64,000 nucleotides of DNA from Candidatus Eiseniibacteriota bacterium (GTDB lineage Bacteria > Eisenbacteria > RBG-16-71-46). The notes beneath the pieces are model-generated. The model was not told the origin of the DNA and did no database searches. It was given only the letters and a program-made list of their open reading frames with translations. How positions within the stretch are numbered: the stretch's first letter is position 1; every line of letters begins with the position of its first letter. The position numbers and the translations under genes are program-made. This document shows, in pieces, positions 56,702-64,000 of the stretch. The stretch covers positions 192,001-256,000 of the forward strand of contig CAVSAC010000014.1 of the NCBI GenBank assembly GCA_963725865.1, in the 5' to 3' direction.

Positions 56702-56797
56702 CGGCGGGAGGGAAGGCCCGGTGGGGTTCGCGACCCGCCGGGCCGTCCTCACCTCGCCCAGAGGGGCGCGGACCCCACCGGGCCTTCCCTCCCGCCG
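56702..56797. repeat. REP/MITE-like inverted repeat
   Basis: 31-nt arms 56702-56732 and 56767-56797 with one mismatch, between convergent genes. Confidence 0.8.
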
Positions 56798-56825
56798 ACG
56801 CTGGCCGAGGGCCCCGGCGAGGCCC

Positions 56826-59800
56826 CTACTCCTTCACCATGTAGTAGAGCGCCTCGGGGTGGTGCACGATGATCGCGCTCGTGCTCGCCTCGGGCACCAG
56901 CTGGTAGGCGCTGGTGAGCGTCACCCCGATCGCCTGCTCCGGCGCGAGCAGCTTGAACAGCTTCGCCTGGTCGGCGAGATCGGGACACGCGCTGTAGCCG
57001 AACGAGTAACGCTTGCCGCGATCGGGCGCGAGCCCCCACTCGGCGCGGATGCGCGCGTGGTGCCACTCCGCGAGTCCCTCCGCGGCCGACACGCCGAGCC
57101 CGTGCACGAACAGCGCCTCGCTGTACTCGCCGCGCGCGTCGAGCGCCTGGCCCAGCTCGTCGACGTGCGGGCCGACCGTCACCAGCTGGAGCGCGAGCAC
57201 GTCGAAGCGGCTGCTCTCGACGGGCTGGAAGTAGTCGGCGAGGCACAGCCCCTCGCGCTCCGCCTGGCGCGGGAACGTGAAGCGCAGGACCTCCTCGGCC
57301 TTGCCGCGCAACGTGAGCGAGCCGGCGTGGAACGCCGCCGCCTCGTACACGATCAGGTCCTGGCCCTCGCTCTGCACCGGGAAGTAGCCGTACGCCGCGG
57401 TCGGACGCAGCCAGCCCTTCTCCTGCGCCTCGCGCTGCAGGCGCAGCCGCCGCGGCTCGAAGTCGTCGCGGATGAGCGCGTCGACCTCGGGACCGCTGCC
57501 GCGCGCGCCCCAGTGCAGCCGGTAGAGCGTCTTGAGGTCGATGCCGGCGTACATGCCGGCGAAATCCACCTGCTTGGTCGAGGTGACGCGCGCGCCCCAG
57601 AACGGTGGCGGCGGCACCGCGACGTCGCGCGAGACGGTGACCTTGAAGTCGCGCTGCTGGGCGCTCGACTGGGCGGCGCGCGCCTCGAGCTCGGCGCTCT
57701 TGGACTTGAACTCGAGCGCTTCCGCATGGATGCGCGCGCGCAGCTTCGGGCCCTCGGTCGCGTCTCCGAGCGCGTTGACGGTGTCGAGGCCCTCGAACGC
57801 GTCCTTGCAGTAGAAGACACCGGGCGCATACGGCGTCCCGCCGTCGATCAGCGTGGCGCGGCGCCCGAAGTTGCGGTTGATGGCCGCGCCACCGATCAGC
57901 ACCGGCACTGCGAACCCGTGCTTGTGCAGCTCGGCGACCGCGATCGGCATCTGTTTGCTCGTCGACACCAGCAGTGCCGACAGGCCGATGGCGGTGGCCC
58001 CGACCTCCTTTGCCTTGTCGAGGATGGTCTGCACCGGCACCTGCTTGCCGAGGTCGAACACGGTGTAGCCGTTGTTCGAGAGGATGGTCTTCACCAGGTT
58101 CTTGCCGATGTCGTGCACGTCGCCGTACACCGTCGCGAGTACCACGCGGCCCTTGGTGACGTCGGCACGCTTCTCGAGGTAGGTCTCGAGGCGCGCGACC
58201 GCTTTCTTCATCACCTCGGCGCTCTGGAGCACGAACGGCAGGATCAGCTCGCCGGAGCCGAACTTGTCGCCGACCTCCTTCATGGCCGGCAGCAGCACGG
58301 TGTTGAGCACCGCGACCGCGTCCTGGCGCTTGACCGCGGCGTCCACCAGATCCTCGATCCCCGCCGGCTTGCGGTGGAGGATCTGGAAGTGCAGGCGCTG
58401 CTCGACGCTCATCGCCGCCTCGGCCGCCTCGTCCGCGCGCTCGCGCGTCTCGGGCGTGCGACCCTCGAACCGCTGGATGTAGGTCGCCAGCGCCTGCGGG
58501 TCGCGGTCGAAGATCAGATCCTCGGCGGCGTGGCGATCGGCGGCGTCGAGCTCGGCGTACGGCGTGATGTCGGCCGGATTCACGATCGCCATGTCGAGCC
58601 CGGCCTGCACGCAGTGGTAGAGGAACACCGAGTTGAGGCAGGCGCGCGCCTCCTTCGAGAGCCCGAACGAGACGTTCGAGACCCCGAGGCTCGTGAGCAC
58701 GCCCGGCAGCTCCTGCTTGATGAGGCGGATGCCGTCGATCGTCTCGACGCCCGAGCGCGAGAACTCCACGTCGCCGGTGGCGAGCGTGAACGTGAGGTCG
58801 TCGAACACCAGCCGCTCGGCCGGCAGCCCGTACTCGCCCGTGACGATGTCGTGGATGCGCCGCGCGACCTCGAGCTTGCGCTCGGCGGTCTTGGCCATTC
58901 CCTGCTCGTCGATGGTGAGCGCGATCACGGCGGCGCCGTAGCGCATCACCAGCGGCATCACGTTCTCGATGCGCTCGCGCCCGTTCTCCATGTTGATGCT
59001 GTTGACGAGCGCCGAGCCCGGGCAGGCGCGCAGCGCCGCCTCGATCACCGGCGGCTCGGTCGAGTCGATCACCAGCGGCGCCTCGACCGACAGCGACAGG
59101 CGCTTGACCAGCCGCCGCATCATTGCGGCCTCGTCGGTGCGCTCGGTGAGCGCCATGCAGACGTCGAGCGCGTGCGCGCCGCCCTCCACCTGCTCGCGCG
59201 CGACCGGGATCATGTCCTCGATGCGGTCCTCGAGCGCGAACCGCTTGATCTTCCGCGAGCCCTGGGTGTTGAGGCGCTCGCCGATCAGCAGCGGACGCGG
59301 CTCCTGGCGCAGGGCGGTCGCGGTCATGCCGCTCGAGAGCGACCAGCCGGAGCGTCCGGGCCGCGCGCCCGGCGCGCGCTCGGGGCCCACCGCGCGCGCG
59401 AACGCGCGCACGTGCTCGGGCGTGGTGCCGCAGCATCCGCCGACGATGTTGACGCCCTGCTCGGTCACGAACTCGAGCAGCGTCTCGGCCATTGGCTCGG
59501 GCCGCATCGGATACACGGTGCGCCCGCCGTCGTTGATGGGCAGCCCGGCGTTCGGGATCACGTGAATCGGCGTGCTGGCGTTCTGCGACAGCCAGCGCAC
59601 CGCGTCGCGCATCAGGTCGGGCCCGGTCGAGCAATTGAGCCCGATGATGTCCACGTGCATCGCCTCGAGCGTGGCGAGCGCGCCGCGGATGTCGGTGCCG
59701 AGCAGCATGCGTCCGGTGGGATCGAGGGTGACCGAACTCTGGATCGGCAGCGAGATCCCGGTGCGCGCGAACGCCTCCCGGCACGCCAGGATCTGCGCCT

Positions 59801-60323
59801 TCATCTCGAGGATGTCCTGGCAGGTCTCGAGGATCAGCACGTCCGCGCCGCCCTCGATCAGCCCGCGCGCCTGCTCCTCGAACTTCGGCACCAGGTCCTC
59901 GAGCGTCAGGCGCCCGAGGTCGGGGTCCTCGCTGGAGGGCAGCATGCCCGACGGCCCCATCGACCCGGCGACGAAGCGCGGGCGGCCGTCGCGCGCGATG
60001 AACGCGTCGGCGGTGCGACGCGCGATCGCCGCGGCGGCGCGGTTGATCTCGATCGTGCGCTCGCCGAGCCCCCACTCCTCGAGCCGCACCCGCGAAGCCT
60101 GGAACGAGTTCGTCTCCACCACGTCGGCGCCGGCCTCGAAGTAGGCGACGTGCGCCGCCTCGACCACGTCCGGCCGGGTGACCGAGAGGTAGTCGATGCA
60201 GCCCTCCCAGCGCGCGCCACCGAAGTCGTCCGGGCCCAGCCCGTGCGACTGCAGCAGCGTGCCCATGGCGCCGTCGTAGACGAGGACGTGGGTGCGGAGA
60301 CGATCGAGGATACGCGGGGTCAC
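56826..60323 (-). CDS. metH: Cobalamin-dependent methionine synthase
   Basis: 'DGAMGT', 'GLNC', 'GGCCGT', 'IGERLN', 'GDVHDIGKN', 'RYSFGYSACPDL'. Confidence 0.96.
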   Translation of the reverse strand: MTPRILDRLRTHVLVYDGAMGTLLQSHGLGPDDFGGARWEGCIDYLSVTRPDVVEAAHVAYFEAGADVVETNSFQASRVRLEEWGLGERTIEINRAAAAIARRTADAFIARDGRPRFVAGSMGPSGMLPSSEDPDLGRLTLEDLVPKFEEQARGLIEGGADVLILETCQDILEMKAQILACREAFARTGISLPIQSSVTLDPTGRMLLGTDIRGALATLEAMHVDIIGLNCSTGPDLMRDAVRWLSQNASTPIHVIPNAGLPINDGGRTVYPMRPEPMAETLLEFVTEQGVNIVGGCCGTTPEHVRAFARAVGPERAPGARPGRSGWSLSSGMTATALRQEPRPLLIGERLNTQGSRKIKRFALEDRIEDMIPVAREQVEGGAHALDVCMALTERTDEAAMMRRLVKRLSLSVEAPLVIDSTEPPVIEAALRACPGSALVNSINMENGRERIENVMPLVMRYGAAVIALTIDEQGMAKTAERKLEVARRIHDIVTGEYGLPAERLVFDDLTFTLATGDVEFSRSGVETIDGIRLIKQELPGVLTSLGVSNVSFGLSKEARACLNSVFLYHCVQAGLDMAIVNPADITPYAELDAADRHAAEDLIFDRDPQALATYIQRFEGRTPETRERADEAAEAAMSVEQRLHFQILHRKPAGIEDLVDAAVKRQDAVAVLNTVLLPAMKEVGDKFGSGELILPFVLQSAEVMKKAVARLETYLEKRADVTKGRVVLATVYGDVHDIGKNLVKTILSNNGYTVFDLGKQVPVQTILDKAKEVGATAIGLSALLVSTSKQMPIAVAELHKHGFAVPVLIGGAAINRNFGRRATLIDGGTPYAPGVFYCKDAFEGLDTVNALGDATEGPKLRARIHAEALEFKSKSAELEARAAQSSAQQRDFKVTVSRDVAVPPPPFWGARVTSTKQVDFAGMYAGIDLKTLYRLHWGARGSGPEVDALIRDDFEPRRLRLQREAQEKGWLRPTAAYGYFPVQSEGQDLIVYEAAAFHAGSLTLRGKAEEVLRFTFPRQAEREGLCLADYFQPVESSRFDVLALQLVTVGPHVDELGQALDARGEYSEALFVHGLGVSAAEGLAEWHHARIRAEWGLAPDRGKRYSFGYSACPDLADQAKLFKLLAPEQAIGVTLTSAYQLVPEASTSAIIVHHPEALYYMVKE

Positions 60324-60477
60324 GGTCGGGAAGGTGGGGCTCCTTGAGGCCCTAGGGTCGCGAGACGCGCGGCCGCGGTGGCGGACGGCGAGAGTACGGG
60401 ACGGCGCTCCGCCACCGCAAACGACGCGCCGCCCGGCGGGCTTGACCGCCGGCCGCCGGCCGTCCAAGGTGCGCGCG

Positions 60478-60951
60478 ATGACGCTCACGCTCGACCTCAT
60501 CCGCCATGGCGAGGCGGTGTCCGCGGCTCGCGGCGGCGACTCCCAGCGCTCGCTCACCACCGGCGGCCGGCTGGCGGTGAAGGCGCTCGCGCTCGCTCTG
60601 GCGGCGCAGTCCTGGCGGCCCGCCCGCCTGTTCGCGAGTCCCTACCGAAGGGCGCAGGAGACCGCCACGCTGCTCGCCCGGCACGCGACTCGCGGGGTCG
60701 CGGTCGAGACCCTCGACGCGTTGATCCCGGACGGCGATCCGGGCGAGGTCGTTCGCGAGTTGCGGGTCGTCGACGCGACGCAGGGCCACGTCGTGCTGGT
60801 CGGCCACATGCCGCTGCTGGGCCGGGTCTGCGGCGCGCTCGCCGACGACCCGCGCGCGTTCGCGCCGGCGGAGCTGTGCCGGCTGGAGTTCCCGGCGGAG
60901 CCCGTCCCGGGAGCGGGAGCGATCACGTTCACGTTGCATCCGAAGCGCTGA
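60478..60951 (+). CDS. sixA: Phosphohistidine phosphatase
   Basis: 'LIRHGEA', 'SPYRRAQETA', 'LVGHMP'. Confidence 0.82.
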   Translation: MTLTLDLIRHGEAVSAARGGDSQRSLTTGGRLAVKALALALAAQSWRPARLFASPYRRAQETATLLARHATRGVAVETLDALIPDGDPGEVVRELRVVDATQGHVVLVGHMPLLGRVCGALADDPRAFAPAELCRLEFPAEPVPGAGAITFTLHPKR

Positions 60952-60991
60952 TCCGGTCGCATCACCTCCACCGACGAGCCAGGAGCGGACG

Positions 60992-61705
60992 ATGGCATTC
61001 CTCGACGGCAAGGTCGCCGTGGTCACCGGCGGCAATCGTGGTATCGGGCGCGGCATCGCGGAGTCGCTCGCGGCGGAGGGCGCCCGCGTGTTCCTCACCG
61101 CGCGCTCACCCGAGGACGCGCGCCAGGCGGCGCAGGAGATCGGGCGCGGCGCGACCGGGATCGCCTGCGACGTGCGGGTGCTCGAAATGGTGCAGCGCGT
61201 GTTCCGCGAGGTCGAGCGCGCCGCGGGCGGCGTGGACGTGCTGGTGAACAACGCCGGCGTCGGCGTGTTCGCCCCGGTCGCCGAGATGGACCCCGACGAC
61301 TGGCGCGCGGTCATCGAGACCAACCTCCACGGCGTGTTCTTCTGCTGCCACGAGGCGATCCCGCAGATGCGCAAGCGCGGCGGCGGATACATCTTCAACA
61401 TCTCCTCGCTGGCCGGGAAGAACGCGTTCCCCAATGGCGCCGCGTACAACGCCAGCAAGTTCGGACTGAACGGCTTCAGCGAGGCGCTGATGCAGGAGGT
61501 GCGCTACGACGGCATCCGGGTCTCGTACCTGATGCCGGGCAGCGTGGCGACCGAGTTCGGCCGCGGCGGCGCGGAGAAATCGGACTGGGCGCTGACGCCC
61601 GCCGACGTGGCGGAGGTGGTGCTCGACCTGCTGCGCTCGCCGTCGCGCGCGCTGTTCAGCCGCGTCGAGATGCGGCCCAGCCGGCCGCCGAAAAAGGGCG
61701 GCTGA
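60992..61705 (+). CDS. SDR family oxidoreductase
   Basis: 'TGGNRGIG', 'NNAG', YNASK. Confidence 0.92.
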   Translation: MAFLDGKVAVVTGGNRGIGRGIAESLAAEGARVFLTARSPEDARQAAQEIGRGATGIACDVRVLEMVQRVFREVERAAGGVDVLVNNAGVGVFAPVAEMDPDDWRAVIETNLHGVFFCCHEAIPQMRKRGGGYIFNISSLAGKNAFPNGAAYNASKFGLNGFSEALMQEVRYDGIRVSYLMPGSVATEFGRGGAEKSDWALTPADVAEVVLDLLRSPSRALFSRVEMRPSRPPKKGG

Positions 61706-61785
61706 GGTCGCCGCGTCCGGGCGGGCGAACGCGACGAGGCCGCGGGAGCGACGGGCTCCCGCGGCCTCGAGCGTGTGCGCGGTGG

Positions 61786-63123
61786 TCAGTGCACCGGCCT
61801 GCTCAGTCCTTCGCCGGTGTCGCCGGAGGGCGGCATGTCCGGCGCCAGGGCGGCACCGACGTCGAGCGCGCCCGCGCCCAGCTTGCCCACCATCTGCGGA
61901 GTCGCCGGCGCGACCGGCCGCGCGGACGCGGCCAGCCGGGTCGCGACGTCGTTCTCCGTCCACATCGGATGCACTGCGAGCAGCAGCGCCGCGGTTCCCG
62001 CGACGAACGGCGTCGACATCGAGGTGCCGCTCCACAGGTACCACCGACCTCCGGGATACGCGCTCCGCACGTCCACGCCAGGCGCCGTGATGTCGACGAA
62101 CGAGCCGTACGAGGTGAACAGTGCCGCGGTACCGTGCGAATCGTCGGCCGCGATCGCGAACGTGTGGCTGTCGTGGGCGGGGAACTCCGTCGGGTTGTCG
62201 GTGCCGCGATTGCCGGCGGCCGCGAACACCAGGACCCGGTTCACGCGCGCGTAGTCGAGCGCCGTGGAGACCGCGTCGCTCTTGTTCAGCGAGCCGAGGC
62301 TGAGATTGATGACTTTGGCGCCGTGGGCGACGGCCCAGTGGATCCCGGACGCCACCGCCCACATGTCCCCGAACCCGTCGGCATCGAGCACCCGGACGAT
62401 CATCAGCTTCGACTGGGGCGCGGTCATCGCTGCGATCCCGGCCACGTGGGTGCCGTGGCCGTACGCCTCGTCCACCTGACCGTCGCCATCGTCGTCCAGT
62501 CCGTTGCCGACGTCGGTCGGGCTGTAGTCACCGTCGACCAGGTCGTAGCCCCCGACCAGACGTCCGCGGAACAGCGGATGGGTGGGGTCGACGCCGGTGT
62601 CGAGGATCGCGATCGTGACGCCGGCGCCCTGGCTGACCTGGTGCGCCGCGCCCAGGTCGATCACCGAGATGGCACGCTGAGTCGCGGCCGCCTCCGCTGA
62701 TCCGAAACCGTCGTCGAACCCGAACGACTGCTGGCGCGCCTCGACGTTCTCGAACAGCGTGTTGCGCTCGGAGGTGAGGATGCGGGGATCGCTCGCGAGG
62801 CGGGCGCTGAGCGTGTCGGGGGACATTCCGGCGGGCGGCCTGAGCACCGCGCAGCCCCAGTCCTCGGAGACCAGCAGCGCAGCCGAGTAGTCCTGGGCAA
62901 GCTGATCGAGATCGGTGCCGACCGGCACGGTGATCACGACCTGGTTGGCCACGTCGTCGTGGGAATACCGGGTGGTATGCCAGCCGCGACTCCCCTCGAT
63001 CGTGCCGGGGGCGAGCGGCAGCTCGCGCGCGCACGAGGCGACGAGCGAGCAGAGGGCCACCATCGTCGCCACCACCACGAGGGTGGAAGCGGGCCGCGGA
63101 ATGGGGACCAGCGGGCGTGGCAT
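61786..63123 (-). CDS. S8 subtilisin-like peptidase (probable lipoprotein)
   Basis: 'LDTG', 'HGTHVAG', 'AAAGN', 'SGTSMS'; lipobox VASC. Confidence 0.9.
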   Translation of the reverse strand: MPRPLVPIPRPASTLVVVATMVALCSLVASCARELPLAPGTIEGSRGWHTTRYSHDDVANQVVITVPVGTDLDQLAQDYSAALLVSEDWGCAVLRPPAGMSPDTLSARLASDPRILTSERNTLFENVEARQQSFGFDDGFGSAEAAATQRAISVIDLGAAHQVSQGAGVTIAILDTGVDPTHPLFRGRLVGGYDLVDGDYSPTDVGNGLDDDGDGQVDEAYGHGTHVAGIAAMTAPQSKLMIVRVLDADGFGDMWAVASGIHWAVAHGAKVINLSLGSLNKSDAVSTALDYARVNRVLVFAAAGNRGTDNPTEFPAHDSHTFAIAADDSHGTAALFTSYGSFVDITAPGVDVRSAYPGGRWYLWSGTSMSTPFVAGTAALLLAVHPMWTENDVATRLAASARPVAPATPQMVGKLGAGALDVGAALAPDMPPSGDTGEGLSRPVH

Positions 63124-63134
63124 GCGATTCCTCC

Positions 63135-64000
63135 TCACGAGTGCAGACTCATCCGGGGGACGCGTCTCGGCACGGCCCCGTGAAGCGCCCCGACCCCGGC
63201 CTCCGCGCCAGGTCCGGTCAAAACCACGAAGCCCGCCCAGGTGATGGGGTGGGCCCCTGCGGATCGAAGTTCTGCTTGAGCCACGGCCAACGCCCGGGTC
63301 AGCGGCGCCCCGCCGGCCAGATGTGTGTAGACACGTTCCATCAGACGCGCGGCGGCACGGTCCTCGATGTCCCATTGCGACGCGAGCACCGCCCCCGCGC
63401 CGGCCAGCAGCAGGGTCCTTGCGAGTCCGAACCACTCCTCCCCGGGCCGCACCAGCGCCCGGGCGGTCTGACAGGCCGAGAGCGCCACCCAGCGCGCGGA
63501 AAGGCTCAACTCCGCGATCTCGTCCGCGAGCAGCCAGCGATCCTGGAGGCGCAACCCGGACTGGTAAGGAGAGTCAGGGACATAGATGCCGTGACCTGCG
63601 AAGTGGATCCATTCGGCATCTCGGGAAAGTGCCAGAAAATGCCCAACGGTGGCGTCGGTCCCGGTCAGCAGCCGGGCGTGGGGGAACCTTCCCAGGATCC
63701 GCGCGGTCTCGGGCGTGACGCTCGCGAGCTCGCCGGCATCCGCCGCGACGATGAGCGGGGCCCCTTCGGGGCGCCGGTACCCGAGGGACAATCCCAGCCG
63801 CAAGCCGGGAACCACGGCCAGCGGCCCCGCCTGGCAGAGCGCGCGCCCATCGGGCAGGGCCAGCGCCGGCCACGGCACCCGGGCGAGCGGTCCGGCCGGC
63901 ACCACCGCCAGCGCCGCCGGCAGCCCGGTGCGCGCGAGCACCGGCCACAGCACCTGGGAGGCGAGGGCTTCGAGGTCGGCCGCCAGCGCCGGATCCACGG
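63135..64000 (-). CDS. CHAT domain (caspase-like) protein, 5'-partial
   Basis: 'IHFAGHG', 'ALSACQT', 'ASQWDIED', 'HPITWAGF'. Confidence 0.9.
   Translation of the reverse strand, partial: VDPALAADLEALASQVLWPVLARTGLPAALAVVPAGPLARVPWPALALPDGRALCQAGPLAVVPGLRLGLSLGYRRPEGAPLIVAADAGELASVTPETARILGRFPHARLLTGTDATVGHFLALSRDAEWIHFAGHGIYVPDSPYQSGLRLQDRWLLADEIAELSLSARWVALSACQTARALVRPGEEWFGLARTLLLAGAGAVLASQWDIEDRAAARLMERVYTHLAGGAPLTRALAVAQAELRSAGAHPITWAGFVVLTGPGAEAGVGALHGAVPRRVPRMSLHS

Noticed and set aside
60324..60477. SAM/SAH/cobalamin riboswitch upstream of metH
   Set aside because: No recognisable consensus elements in this short divergent spacer.

Overview
A very GC-rich bacterial chromosomal window with about 45 coding genes. 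The repeated C-terminal FlgD-Ig/T9SS-like domains and a 'TWGRVKTIYR' terminus suggest an FCB-affiliated candidate phylum such as Eisenbacteria (inference only). Recognisable genes: hisS, aspS, tRNA-Lys(CTT), clpB, aceE, metH, sixA, an M16 peptidase pair, S8/S9 peptidases, a GAF-GGDEF cyclase, a glycosylation/EPS-type cluster and an ECF sigma factor + Ser/Thr kinase pair. Most notable: (1) a PTS-EIIA gene heading three complex-I/Hyf-like membrane subunits that appear to have lost the conserved proton-pumping Lys/Glu residues and have no redox partner nearby; (2) a 3.5-kb integrase-less island at tRNA-Lys bounded by a 40-bp direct repeat, carrying two secreted proteins with near-identical C-terminal domains; (3) two paralogous ~750-aa lipoproteins with conserved promoters and 5' leaders, one divergent from the ECF/kinase pair; (4) a REP-like nested inverted repeat. 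Three single-base frameshifts look like sequencing errors. No CRISPR array, rRNA, integrase or transposase was seen. All family assignments come from motif recognition by eye, not database searches.
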